Notes under the pieces: model-generated
Databases searched by the model: none
Seen by the model: the letters and a program-made list of their open reading frames with translations, nothing else
What the model was told of the DNA's origin: nothing
Shown here: positions 1 to 8,650 of the stretch, piece after piece
Numbering within the stretch: position 1 is the first letter of the stretch
Layout: every line of letters begins with the position of its first letter
Position numbers and translations under genes: made by a program
From: Planctomyces sp.
GTDB lineage: Bacteria > Planctomycetota > Planctomycetia > Planctomycetales > Planctomycetaceae
NCBI GenBank assembly: GCA_005798445.1
Contig: SYJG01000071.1
Span: 3,452 to 67,451, forward strand
DNA length: 64,000 nucleotides
Direction of reading: 5' to 3'

Positions 1-418
1 GATAATGAGCGTCAATTTCCCAGGCCAAGTAGTAGACGATGTTCGCCCAAGTAGCTAACTGCGTACATTCCGCATTTCTGGAATATTGCAGGTAGAACGG
101 TGGCAACAGTCCCTTGGGGACATCAATCAACCACCGTTCAATTCCCATTAAGGCCTGTGAAAGCCGATTGCAGGTTGCCTTTTGCCCGTAGAAGAACTGA
201 GCGTGGTACTTGCAATCGTACGTTGGCAACTCGACTGTGGCTGCCAATGGTTGGCCTTCGTCAGCAGCAGCGATGTTCTTGATGACTTCACCGATCTCGG
301 CCTTGGTGAAAAATGGTGACATCAGAATGCTGTGGTAGAGCGGAGGGCCGACCTCAAGATGCATCCGAAGTTCATCCCGGAATTTCAGAAACGGCGTCTT
401 CCAGTCCGATGTTGCCAT
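1..418 (-). CDS. hypothetical protein, partial (3' end lies beyond the left window edge)
   Basis: My own minus-strand translation from ATG 418-416 (MATSDWKTPFLKFRDELRMHLEVGPPLYHSILMSPFF...) stays open for 139 codons down to base 1. It is missing from the ORF track only because its stop is outside the window. It is co-oriented with the XRE gene and 73 nt downstream of it. No family recognised. Confidence 0.45.
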   Translation of the reverse strand, partial: MATSDWKTPFLKFRDELRMHLEVGPPLYHSILMSPFFTKAEIGEVIKNIAAADEGQPLAATVELPTYDCKYHAQFFYGQKATCNRLSQALMGIERWLIDVPKGLLPPFYLQYSRNAECTQLATWANIVYYLAWEIDAHY

Positions 419-491
419 GAGGTGCTTGTCCCTTGTGCTGTTGTTCACAGTTAGGGCAAAGCATCAGCCGTGCTGCATCCGCAGCCTGGAT

Positions 492-713
492 TCAAAGACC
501 CTGCATTAAATCGGACAGGCTCATTTTGAGGGTCTTCGCGATGAGGTCGATGTTCCTCAAAGCCAAGTTTCTCTCCCCTCGTTCGATCCCACCCATGTAG
601 GTCCGGTCCAGGCCGCATTTGGCAGCGAACGCTTCCTGGGACAGACCTTCTGCCCGTCTCAGTTCTCGGACTCGTTGTCCGAAGCGTTCAAGGATGTCGA
701 CTGCTTTGCCCAT
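492..713 (-). CDS. XRE-family helix-turn-helix transcriptional regulator (73 aa)
   Basis: Canonical Cro/C1-type HTH: [52 protein letters not shown] start. The size is typical of controller- or antitoxin-type XRE proteins. Confidence 0.85.
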   Translation of the reverse strand: MGKAVDILERFGQRVRELRRAEGLSQEAFAAKCGLDRTYMGGIERGERNLALRNIDLIAKTLKMSLSDLMQGL

Positions 714-932
714 GCTTCAAAGAGTGAGCGACAGACGACTTTCGGGCCACGGGCTATGAGTATCACTTGGAGTGAGTGGCAGGTATGCTCACGTTTGAGG
801 TTACTGCTTGACATTCACGCGAAATGGACTCCCTGCTCGTTCGAATCGAAGCGAACGGAAATGCCCCCAACCAATTCAGGCCTGACCTAATTTGTCTCGG
901 TCGAGATTTACCGCACAAAGAGATAAACCGCC

Positions 933-1670
933 ATGTCCGACACCAGCTTTCGAACTTGGATGATTCGTTTGAAAAATGATAAAGGAGCACGCCCTGAGTG
1001 GACGCGACTTCTTAGCTGGATGCTGGAGGATGAATTTGTGCGAGAGCAGCAGATCGGTCGGCAATATACGGGGCAAAACGTACTGATCGACCGTGCCGAT
1101 CACAATTACAAAGTAAAGAAGGCCGAAAACCGTGCCATGTACGGCCTCTACCATCGTTCTTGGAGTGAAAACGGCGGTTGCTTGCAGATCAACACGATGC
1201 CGGTGTTGCTGCTGTCGTACGAAGTTCCCAATCAGGGAAACCATTCGGGGCGTTGTGCCGACTTGTTAGGGCTGACTGAGAGCGGTGGATTGATCGTGTT
1301 TGAAGGCAAGCTTGGCGAGAATTCACATCCGCCAATTTCCGCGATTCTGGAAGGATTAGACTATCTGTCCTGTCTGACATCCGAAAAAACATTCAAAAGG
1401 TTGACCGATGAATTCCTTGAGTGGAAGTCGAAACGCTCGATACCCAAACGCTTCCAAAAGATTGTGCCAGATCGCTCCGTGCCGCCAAGAGTTGTTGTGT
1501 TGGCAGATGACAAGTATTTCACAAAGCATGACTCCCATTCGGACCGCAGTCCCGGATGGCGTGAGATGGTCAAACACGGTCAGAAGACAAAATCAATTAC
1601 AATGGGATTCGCTCTGGCCAAACTTGACGAGAATGGCTTTTTCTCGCCCAAAATCTCGTGGTTGATTTGA
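933..1670 (+). CDS. PD-(D/E)XK nuclease-fold protein (NucS/DUF91-like core), function unknown
   Basis: GRCADLLGLTESGGLIVFEGKLGE gives D-x12-E-x-K, followed by the helix AILEGLDYL. This layout matches NucS/DUF91-type endonuclease cores (G.iDLla.d..G.lvvvElK). ATG start. Divergent from the XRE gene across a 219-nt spacer. Confidence 0.5.
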   Translation: MSDTSFRTWMIRLKNDKGARPEWTRLLSWMLEDEFVREQQIGRQYTGQNVLIDRADHNYKVKKAENRAMYGLYHRSWSENGGCLQINTMPVLLLSYEVPNQGNHSGRCADLLGLTESGGLIVFEGKLGENSHPPISAILEGLDYLSCLTSEKTFKRLTDEFLEWKSKRSIPKRFQKIVPDRSVPPRVVVLADDKYFTKHDSHSDRSPGWREMVKHGQKTKSITMGFALAKLDENGFFSPKISWLI

Positions 1671-1688
1671 TCCAAAAAGTCTGCCACT

Positions 1689-2996
1689 TCACTTCATTTC
1701 CAACACTTCACCGTCCGCCAAGAGTTTCACATTTTGTGAGAACTCGCTGAACTTCGCCGGTTCAAACGTGTGGATTGGAATCACCATCTTGGCGTTGATC
1801 TGTCCTACCAAATCAATGATGTCTTCATAGAAAATGTGACCGCTCGTGTGGGTTTCGATCAGATCCCCGCTTGCTTCGTCAAGCTTTGCTTTCGTCATCT
1901 TCCATTCCGGTTGTTGCAGGTAACCGGTCCAGCGGGAGTACAGGCATCGCGAGCCATTGGGCAGACTGCCGCCGAAGTCGCTCTCCAACATGCTGGGGCG
2001 AAACAACATGACGTATCGAGATGGATTCGATCGGATTTCTTCCATCCCAATCCGGGCCGGGGACATCAAAGCGTGAAAACTTTCGAGTCGTTTTTTCTCG
2101 TAGGTCTGCTCGAAGAATTTTGGGAAGAAGACTTTCACTTCTTTCGTGGACTCCGGGCGAGGAATGGAAGTCTCTGAGGCGATCAGGTGCATCACGAATG
2201 CCGTGTAGGCATCAGCAATGAAGATTCGATTTGTCTTCTTCGCAGCCCGAAAGAAACCCACCAGTCGATCAACGTGCTGTGGTGAGAAAGACGCTAGCAC
2301 CAATCCAGGTGCAGACTGGATGTGTGCAGTGATCTCGTCTTCGAGTTCGTATTCATTCGGTCCACGATGATCCGTGTGGCTGATGTGAGTTCCTTCCATC
2401 AGCAGCACGTCGATGGTCCGATCTTTGACGGCTTCGATCAGTGACCTGTGCATCCCTGGTTTTCGACCGTGCATCCGCAGGTCACCGGAATAGAGAACCG
2501 TCTTGCCTTCTGCTTCGATCAGGAATGCCTGGGCTCCGTAGATCGAGTGATCCACCGAGAATGCCGTCACGCTGAAGTCACCAATCTGAACCGGTTGTCC
2601 TGCGTAGATCTTCTCGTGTCGATCACGTGGAAGGATTGGCTGTCCGGCAAACTTGGCTCCCGCTTGCATCATCTTGCTGGTTCCCACGCTGGCGTAGATG
2701 GGAATCTCGACTTGGGAATGTCGGAGTAATCCGGTGTGATCCTCATGGGCGTGAGAGAGCAGGATGGCGTCTGGCCTGCGGCCAGTGTCATCGAAAAGCC
2801 CTGGCACGTTGGGAAGCACCCCAGTCTTTCGGAGTTCCTCTGAAGGCTGTCGTCTCAGGGTTGTCGAATCGTGAGGCTCCCGATCTTCATTGAACAAGGG
2901 CATCCCCACGTCGAGGATGATCCGGCTCTTGTCGGTGGCGACTTCGATGCAGTTCCCGCCAATCTCGTGAGTCCCTCTGTGAATGGTGATTCGCAT
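1689..2996 (-). CDS. MBL-fold metallo-hydrolase, beta-CASP nuclease family (RNase J / CPSF73 / SNM1-like)
   Basis: HxHxDH motif (LLSHAHEDHTGLL), further metal ligands (FSVDHS, YSGDL) and beta-CASP motifs A-C (LLMEGTH, THTSGH, VIPIHTF). ATG start. 435 aa. Confidence 0.8.
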   Translation of the reverse strand: MRITIHRGTHEIGGNCIEVATDKSRIILDVGMPLFNEDREPHDSTTLRRQPSEELRKTGVLPNVPGLFDDTGRRPDAILLSHAHEDHTGLLRHSQVEIPIYASVGTSKMMQAGAKFAGQPILPRDRHEKIYAGQPVQIGDFSVTAFSVDHSIYGAQAFLIEAEGKTVLYSGDLRMHGRKPGMHRSLIEAVKDRTIDVLLMEGTHISHTDHRGPNEYELEDEITAHIQSAPGLVLASFSPQHVDRLVGFFRAAKKTNRIFIADAYTAFVMHLIASETSIPRPESTKEVKVFFPKFFEQTYEKKRLESFHALMSPARIGMEEIRSNPSRYVMLFRPSMLESDFGGSLPNGSRCLYSRWTGYLQQPEWKMTKAKLDEASGDLIETHTSGHIFYEDIIDLVGQINAKMVIPIHTFEPAKFSEFSQNVKLLADGEVLEMK

Positions 2997-3041
2997 ATTC
3001 TTGTCAGAACTTTCTGATGCTCTCGGTGAGTCAAAACTGCT

Positions 3042-3845
3042 TCACGCCATCTTCGTGAGATTTGCAGCGATTCGTTGATTGATGGAGAGGCAGGCCGACT
3101 TGCGGTCCATGCAGGAGATGTCGAGCCAAGTCGTGTCGATGGACTGTGATCCTCCGAAAACTTTGGGCTGAAGGCCAATCGCCCTTGCCATGAAGTCCCA
3201 GAATTCAACGGGCAGTCGTGGTTTTCCAACCTCGGTGTAAATCGGTGTGATCAGAGTATGCAGTCGCGTGCCGTCAATACTGGGAACTTCGATTCCTTGT
3301 GGGATGAGGATCAGCCACCAGTCGACGATTCCATTCGATGTCTTGGCCTCTTCGTGCCATTTTTGCCAACTCAGGGGAGCAACCCATTGGTGGTTTTGAG
3401 CAACGCTGTTGTACAACTCAAACAACAAACCCAAGAGGCCACGAACCCAATCCTCAGTTCGTTCTTGGACGCCATAGACCTGTGTCAGAATTGAGGCTGC
3501 CTGAACGATGCGGAGAATCGTTTCGGCGTCCTGCGATGCACCTGCGTCGTCCCATCGTCGACCAATCTGCTGAGCAAGCTCAACTTGACGGCGGTCATCG
3601 TGAGCTTGACTGGGCAAGATCAAAGTTCGCTCCGGTGAGAACGGGTGCAAGCCCTTACGGATACACGACCATGATTGGGGAATCCCAAACAGTTCGATTT
3701 CCAGCGTTTGCTCATACTTCGTCAGCCAATCGGGCCGGGTATCAACCTCTGCCATTGCAGTGGCCTGACAAAAGGACGACATCACCATCCCAGAAACGGT
3801 TCCGATGGTGGTCTGCAAGAATTCTCGTCGCTCGATCAACATCAT
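3042..3845 (-). CDS. hypothetical exported protein with twin-arginine (Tat) signal
   Basis: N-terminus MMLIERREFLQTTIGTVSGMVMSSFCQATAMA carries the Tat consensus RR-x-F-L plus an AxA cleavage site. I prefer ATG 3845, which is preceded by AAGGTG at 6 nt. The track ORF starts 9 nt upstream at a GTG (3854). Confidence 0.6.
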   Translation of the reverse strand: MMLIERREFLQTTIGTVSGMVMSSFCQATAMAEVDTRPDWLTKYEQTLEIELFGIPQSWSCIRKGLHPFSPERTLILPSQAHDDRRQVELAQQIGRRWDDAGASQDAETILRIVQAASILTQVYGVQERTEDWVRGLLGLLFELYNSVAQNHQWVAPLSWQKWHEEAKTSNGIVDWWLILIPQGIEVPSIDGTRLHTLITPIYTEVGKPRLPVEFWDFMARAIGLQPKVFGGSQSIDTTWLDISCMDRKSACLSINQRIAANLTKMA

Positions 3846-3902
3846 CGAAGGCACCTTAGATAACTGAGATTGTCAGCCCGTTTCTTGAACTAAGAAGCTG
3901 TC

Positions 3903-4307
3903 TTAGCTCCTCCCGGACTTCTTCATTTGTTCCAGGTTTTGATTGATCTGGATGTTCTGCAAAATTTGATTGAGTTGCAGTAACCGGTTTTCTTCTGCGG
4001 CCATGAGGATGGCCCTCTCTTCAGGACTTTTGCATCTCCACTCCAACATCGCTCGGTCGTACTCGGCTTTGAGCTGTCGATTAGTTTCTTCGTCGTACCA
4101 GGGTTTGCCAACGAGCCCCAAACCGAAGAGGAAGAAAAGTACGGTGACTCCTCCGCCGATGTACGGAAGCCAGTTCTCCGTGAACCATCTCATTCCCGCG
4201 TCTTCTGAGCCTTGTCCTTTGAAGTAACACACGACTGTCCCAGCAGCCGCCATTCCAGTGACGAACAGGATTTGGCCGAAGGTATAAACTTTGGGTTGAA
4301 AGCTCAT
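3903..4307 (-). CDS. hypothetical membrane protein (two predicted TM helices, coiled-coil tail)
   Basis: Hydrophobic segments ILFVTGMAAAGTVVCYF and IGGGVTVLFFLFGLGLVG. I prefer ATG 4307, which is preceded by AAGGAG. The track ORF extends to 4394. Confidence 0.5.
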   Translation of the reverse strand: MSFQPKVYTFGQILFVTGMAAAGTVVCYFKGQGSEDAGMRWFTENWLPYIGGGVTVLFFLFGLGLVGKPWYDEETNRQLKAEYDRAMLEWRCKSPEERAILMAAEENRLLQLNQILQNIQINQNLEQMKKSGRS

Positions 4308-4548
4308 GATTGATCGTTCTCCTTGGACGTTGGTTTTGAATGCGTTGCTCTTGTGGTTGAGAGGCCCACCATCTTTTGGTGGTCCGAAACTCATTACTCG
4401 ATGAGAGAACGCGACACGCTGCTCTGAGGCAAAGAGTTCGTCGGCTCCATCACGATTGTTTTCAATAAAAGCCGGCTCCAGGAGATCATTGGGTTGTTCC
4501 TGGCTTGTCGTCGGTCGTCACCCCGGAATTGTTGGTCCGATCTGCTTG

Positions 4549-4567
4549 GTGAATCGCAGCGATTCAC
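4549..4567. repeat. 19-bp perfect palindrome GTGAATCGC-A-GCGATTCAC in a 340-nt intergenic region
   Basis: Read directly from the sequence: 9+1+9 perfect dyad symmetry, between the deiminase-family gene and the membrane-protein gene. Confidence 0.8.
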
Positions 4568-4734
4568 GGCAAACAGCCAACGGGATTGTGCCGACTCGCC
4601 TCCCCTAAGCGGGGCCTGCGTCTCTCCGGGAGCCAGTGGCCTCTATTGATACCCGCAGCCCGTGACACAGGCGGGACAGTCATTCGGAAGAACCGAGGGA
4701 TTTCGAAGGAGTCCTGTTTGAGGCAACAAACAAC

Positions 4735-5595
4735 TCAATTGTGTTTGTTGCTGGTTTGCAGGATCGTCCAACTCGCACAGTTCAAGACCCCTCCGTCCTC
4801 AGCCAGATTCCGACAGGAAAGCGGCACGACACGGCAGTGGGGAAGTAAGTTCGTCAAAATGTCCCAAGCAACTTTATCTTCGGGGAGTCCATAAGCTGGG
4901 AGAAGAATCACGTTTCCAACCCGAAGATAATTGGCGTAATTGCCAACGGCTGAGGGTATGCCATTGCGTATTCGCAATTCCGGCACATACGGGAGACGGA
5001 CGAATGGAAGAGCGTTGGCCATCAACACTTTTTCGAGTCGTTCCGCAAACCCCGAATCAACGCCGCGATAGTCGCTAATGACGATTTGATGCTCCGTCAC
5101 GAACCGAACCATTCCGTCCGCATGTCCCACTCGATCAAACGGTTCCTTGGGGATGACGATCAATCGTTCGACCTGAAGCTCTCGTTGAAGTTCGGCACGA
5201 ATCTCACTTCGATTTCGATCGGAGTTCTCTTTGAAAAGCTTGTCCGTCACGATGGCCACAGAGCGTGTCCCCACGATGTTTCCACCGTCCATAATGAGCT
5301 TTGATCTCGTCGATCGCTTAAACAACTTCAACCTCCGAAAAACCTCCGGCTTGGTGATGAGATCCTCGTCACCGTTAAGAAGGTAGTTGGGCCTGTAGCG
5401 GAATTGGGTGAAGTGTCGTTCATTGACTTGAATCGGTGCCGCATCTCGAATCCAAATGTCTGCGGTTCCAAAAACGACAATCAGGGGGATCTCTTGTTCG
5501 ACAAGAGCGGCCTCCCATTGGCGGACGATCTCCAGATACCGCTGAGGCAGCAGGTCGGAGATCAGAACCGTGTTGGTTTCCCAGTCAGCAAGCAT
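4735..5595 (-). CDS. agmatine deiminase / peptidyl-arginine deiminase (PAD_porph) family protein
   Basis: Guanidino-modifying-enzyme family motifs appear in the expected order: DIWIRDAAP (D.W.RD.gP), MDGGNIV, VGHADGMVRF, NYANYLRVGNVILLPAYG, and a C-terminal catalytic-Cys segment EDGGVLNCASWT. At 286 aa it is shorter than typical AguA. Confidence 0.65.
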   Translation of the reverse strand: MLADWETNTVLISDLLPQRYLEIVRQWEAALVEQEIPLIVVFGTADIWIRDAAPIQVNERHFTQFRYRPNYLLNGDEDLITKPEVFRRLKLFKRSTRSKLIMDGGNIVGTRSVAIVTDKLFKENSDRNRSEIRAELQRELQVERLIVIPKEPFDRVGHADGMVRFVTEHQIVISDYRGVDSGFAERLEKVLMANALPFVRLPYVPELRIRNGIPSAVGNYANYLRVGNVILLPAYGLPEDKVAWDILTNLLPHCRVVPLSCRNLAEDGGVLNCASWTILQTSNKHN

Positions 5596-5601
5596 GATTG
5601 A

Positions 5602-5963
5602 TCAGAATCGTTCGGCGACGTACCAACGCTTTTCTGAAGCGTTCCACGTCAGCGTGTAGGTCGTGATATCTGTTAGGGGCGTCCCTGCCTTCGATTTCCA
5701 TTCGATTGCGACGTTGAACCGATAGGCTGGCCAAGTTTTCCAGTCCTCTGGGAGCTTCTCGACGTCGTCGAATGCCGCAAAGTGTGGCTCATCGGTGACC
5801 ACGCTGCGAATATCGTAGTTGATGGGGTCCAGCAATCCTCGAATTTTCGCCTTCTGGGTCGCCGCTGAGTTTTCTTGGCCCGCGATCCACTTCTTGAATT
5901 CGGTGTCAAAATGTTTTCGAGCAGCAGTCTCAGTTCCGGATGAATTGTCCGAACAGCCGCACA
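5602..5963 (-). pseudogene. 3' part of a small lipoprotein gene disrupted by IS21-family insertion
   Basis: The 120-aa track ORF starts MCGCSDNSS. Its ATG is a hybrid of the terminal A of the IS plus the TG of the target duplication. The missing signal peptide lies on the other side of the IS (8493-8540). Confidence 0.75.
5959..5963. repeat. target-site duplication GCACA (left copy)
   Basis: GCACA immediately flanks both IS termini (5959-5963 and 8493-8497). Confidence 0.85.
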
Positions 5964-5995
5964 TGTTGACGACGGTTGAAAATGGCGGCGCGGGG
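5964..5995. repeat. IS21-family terminal inverted repeat (left)
   Basis: TGTTGACGACGGTTGAAAATGGCGGCGCGGGG is the exact reverse complement of 8461-8492. Confidence 0.92.
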
Positions 5996-6070
5996 CGGCT
6001 GAAATTGGTGGCGCTGGGTTGTTGAGGATTCCTTGGGCCAAGGGAACATGATCGCGGTAAAAGCGTTGGG

Positions 6071-6853
6071 TTAGCTCGCAGGTCCGTGGTGAGGACGTCT
6101 TCGTCGTTTGGCGTCCTGAAGGCGGTAGCTTTCGCCCTTGGCCTCCAGGAGGTGGCAGCGATGCGTGAGGCGATCCAGGGCCGCTCCGGTGAGGCGTTCG
6201 CTGCCGAGCACCTCAGTCCAATTCTCGAAGGGGAGGTTGGTCGTCACGATCAAGCTGTTCCGTTCGTAGGCGGTGGCGATCACGTCGAAGAGCAACTCGG
6301 CTCCGGCCTTGCTGGCGGGAACGTAGCCCAGCTCGTCGAGGATCAACAGATCCAGCTTGCCCAATTGTTGACGGAGTCGCAAGAGGTGACGTTCCTCTTT
6401 GGCTTCCAACAACTGCGTGATCAGTTCGGTCACGCGAAAGAAGCGGACCTTACGGCCCTGCGAGCACGCGGACATTCCGAACGCCGTCGCCAAGTGAGTC
6501 TTACCGGTGCCGCTGGGGCCGACTAGCAAGAGGTTCTCGCGGCGATCGAGGTATTCCCCTTTCAGCAGTTCCAGGACCAGCGGCTTGTTGACGCTGGGGC
6601 GAGCCGTGAAGTCGAACTCGTCGAGCAGCTTCGTCGCCGGGAAGCGGGCTCCCTTCAAACGCCGCTCGGCCGCCTTGCGTTCTCGTTCGAGCAACTCCAG
6701 TTCGCACAATTGCAGCAGGAACGCCAGATGATCGGCGTTGTCTGCGGCACAGCGCTGGGCGATCTTCTCGCACTCGGCCGTCATCGTCGGAAGTTTCAAG
6801 GCTTTGAGGTGATGCTTGAGCAATACGGTGCTCTTGGTGTCGGTCGGTGTCAT
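6071..6853 (-). CDS. istB: IS21-family helper ATPase IstB
   Basis: MTPTDTKSTVLLKHHLKALKLPTM..., Walker A LLLVGPSGTGKTHLA and Walker B LDLLILDELGY. ATG 6853 overlaps the istA stop (ATGA). The 364-aa track ORF is an upstream extension inside istA. Confidence 0.92.
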   Translation of the reverse strand: MTPTDTKSTVLLKHHLKALKLPTMTAECEKIAQRCAADNADHLAFLLQLCELELLERERKAAERRLKGARFPATKLLDEFDFTARPSVNKPLVLELLKGEYLDRRENLLLVGPSGTGKTHLATAFGMSACSQGRKVRFFRVTELITQLLEAKEERHLLRLRQQLGKLDLLILDELGYVPASKAGAELLFDVIATAYERNSLIVTTNLPFENWTEVLGSERLTGAALDRLTHRCHLLEAKGESYRLQDAKRRRRPHHGPAS

Positions 6854-8340
6854 GGCGTCACCTCCGTCAGCAGAGCCTGATACGCGGAGACCTGAGTGAT
6901 CTCCACACGCACGTGAGCCAGGTGCGGTCGGCCGTCCAACGCAAACAGCGGAACGGGTTGATCGCTGCGATGCTCGACGATGGTCCGCAGGCTGTCGGCA
7001 TCGATCACGTCGATGTCCAACGCGTACTCCACCGCGTCGGTGAGCTGGGACAGTGAGAACTTCTCCAGCAATCGCAACACGCGAATGTAGGATCGCGTGC
7101 CGTTCCGTGGATCGTCCGCTTCCAGACGCCGTCGCAGCAGCGCGAAGCCGTCTGGCAACTCCCACTGCTCCAATGGCTTGGCGAAGTCGAAGCCTCCTGG
7201 CTTACGCTCCAACAGTGCCAAGTAGTGAACCGGCTCAAAGAAGGTTCGCTCACGCTCCCACGAACGCCAATGCCGAGCCACCAAACGATCCTCGAAGACC
7301 AGCCGCACTTCCTCCACCGTGGCGATCACCAGCAGCTTCCGATGCGCGTACTGCACCGGGACCGAATAGTCGTTCGTGTCGAACCGCACCAGCGATTGCG
7401 AATCGGCGGTCCCGTCGGTGATCCGGCGTGATTCAAACGTCTGTTTCGGCAACGGCAGAAACGCCGCTCGATCTTCGGCGAGCAGTTCACGCTTACTGGC
7501 GGGCTTGCCGCGTGTGCGTTGCTCCAGATCCTGCTGACAACGCTCCAGCAACTGCCGATTCAGCGTCTCCAGCGAATCGACCTCCGGCACCGGCACCAGA
7601 AAGCTCCGCCGAGCAAACCCGACCAACCGTTCGACGTGTCCCTTCTCGTTGGCTCGACGCACCAGACAGAAGTGCTCGCGGAACAGATAATGGCTCTGCA
7701 GCCGCAGGAACTCATTCGTCAGCTTCCGTTCCCGACCCTTCAACACCTCGATCACCGCGATCGCCAAGTTGTCATAGCTGATCCGCCGCGGCACTCCTCC
7801 AAGGTACTCAAACGCCCGGCGATGGCCCTCCAGAAACGTCTCCGTGCATTCCCGTGGAAACGCCTGCACGAAGATCGCTCCCGAATACGGCAGCGTCATC
7901 ACCAACAACGCCACCGAAGTCTCTTGGCCATTGAGCTTGATCTTCGCCTCGCCGTAATCCACCTGAGCTTCCCCCGGCGGATGCGACAACGGCAAAAACA
8001 CTTCCTTCCGCGACTGACGCCACTCTCGAACGGCCATCGACACCATCGTCAGGCCGCCGGAATAGCCATGCTCATCCCGCAGTCGCTCGAAGATCCGCCG
8101 AACTGTGTGTCGCTGCTTCTTCGGAGCCTCACGGTCCGCTTCCAAAATCTGCTCAATAATCGGCACAAACGCCCCCAGCTTCCGCTTCTTCCGCGGTTGC
8201 TGGAGCCGATATCCCGGCGGCTCCGCGTGAGTCAAAATCTTCTTCAGCGTGTGCCACCCCAAACCGTACTTCTGACACGCCGCACGCTGGCTCAACTCGT
8301 TCGTCAAAACTTCCCGACGAACTTCCTTCCAGAATTCCAT
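6850..8340 (-). CDS. istA: IS21-family transposase IstA
   Basis: N-terminal HTH (LSQRAACQKYGLGWHTLKKIL) followed by a DDE/rve core, with typical IstA length and istB coupling. ATG at 8340. The track ORF starts 12 nt upstream at a GTG (8352). Confidence 0.9.
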   Translation of the reverse strand: MEFWKEVRREVLTNELSQRAACQKYGLGWHTLKKILTHAEPPGYRLQQPRKKRKLGAFVPIIEQILEADREAPKKQRHTVRRIFERLRDEHGYSGGLTMVSMAVREWRQSRKEVFLPLSHPPGEAQVDYGEAKIKLNGQETSVALLVMTLPYSGAIFVQAFPRECTETFLEGHRRAFEYLGGVPRRISYDNLAIAVIEVLKGRERKLTNEFLRLQSHYLFREHFCLVRRANEKGHVERLVGFARRSFLVPVPEVDSLETLNRQLLERCQQDLEQRTRGKPASKRELLAEDRAAFLPLPKQTFESRRITDGTADSQSLVRFDTNDYSVPVQYAHRKLLVIATVEEVRLVFEDRLVARHWRSWERERTFFEPVHYLALLERKPGGFDFAKPLEQWELPDGFALLRRRLEADDPRNGTRSYIRVLRLLEKFSLSQLTDAVEYALDIDVIDADSLRTIVEHRSDQPVPLFALDGRPHLAHVRVEITQVSAYQALLTEVTP

Positions 8341-8460
8341 ATCGCTACGCACTCCTGAGTCTCCTGGTGAACCTCGTGAAGATCGGAGCTAACGCTCCAG
8401 TCTTCACTATTCACCAGACGACACGTCTGTGCGCCGCCATTTTCAACCGCCGCGATCTTC

Positions 8461-8492
8461 CCCCGCGCCGCCATTTTCAACCGTCGTCAACA
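8461..8492. repeat. IS21-family terminal inverted repeat (right)
   Basis: CCCCGCGCCGCCATTTTCAACCGTCGTCAACA is the exact reverse complement of 5964-5995. Confidence 0.92.
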
Positions 8493-8497
8493 GCACA
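8493..8497. repeat. target-site duplication GCACA (right copy)
   Basis: Identical to 5959-5963 and directly abuts the IS terminus. Confidence 0.85.
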
Positions 8498-8540
8498 AAC
8501 AAATCACAACTAGAACGCACCATCGATGCCATGTTGTCAC
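8493..8540 (-). pseudogene. 5' part (signal peptide) of the IS-disrupted lipoprotein gene
   Basis: On the minus strand, GGAGGAAGAAC is followed by a GTG start at 8540, then ACA ACA TGG CAT CGA TGG TGC GTT CTA GTT GTG ATT TGT TTG TGC. Removing the IS and one GCACA copy joins this in frame to 5602-5958, giving MTTWHRWCVLVVICLCGCSDNSS..., a short signal peptide with a lipobox-like LCG|C. Confidence 0.7.
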
Positions 8541-8650
8541 AGTTCTTCCTCCGGTTCAGTGAAATGAGAGCCGAGGATTGAACTCGTGTGAGATCAAGAA
8601 CGTCCCTGGCTTCGCTTTACCTGATACCCGAAGGAGCTGACAGGAGCGGG

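Larger units (their letters stand above)
5964..8492 (-). mobile_element. IS21-family insertion sequence, complete (2529 bp)
   Basis: TG...CA termini. 32-bp perfect terminal inverted repeats. A subterminal second copy of the GGTTGAAAATGGCGGCGC motif is present (8431-8449 on the right, degenerate at 5997-6014 on the left). istA-istB overlap by ATGA. 5-bp direct repeat at both junctions. Confidence 0.92.

Noticed and set aside
838-857. GTTCGAATC, a tRNA T-loop-like string, in the XRE/nuclease intergenic spacer. All larger spacers were scanned for tRNA, rRNA or tmRNA.
   Set aside because: The flanks cannot form a T-stem or acceptor stem. Only a 6-bp CGTTCG/CGAACG hairpin is possible. No other T-loop/anticodon-arm arrangement or rRNA-like sequence was seen in the window.
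5673-6041. 122-aa minus-strand ORF crossing the left IS21 terminus.
   Set aside because: It runs out of frame across the IS/target junction and through the terminal inverted repeat, and it overlaps the lipoprotein remnant frame, which has a coherent reconstruction.
6854-7165. The 364-aa version of the istB ORF, with a 104-aa Arg/Gly-rich N-terminal extension.
   Set aside because: The extension lies entirely within istA in another frame. The canonical IstB N-terminus (MTPTDTKSTVLLKHHLKALKLP) starts at ATG 6853, which overlaps the istA stop by ATGA as in other IS21 elements.
7519-8358. 279-aa plus-strand ORF, and other ORFs (7053-7421, 7428-7781) inside the IS21 element.
   Set aside because: They are antisense to or out of frame with istA, their composition is Arg/Pro/Gln-rich, and no motif is present.
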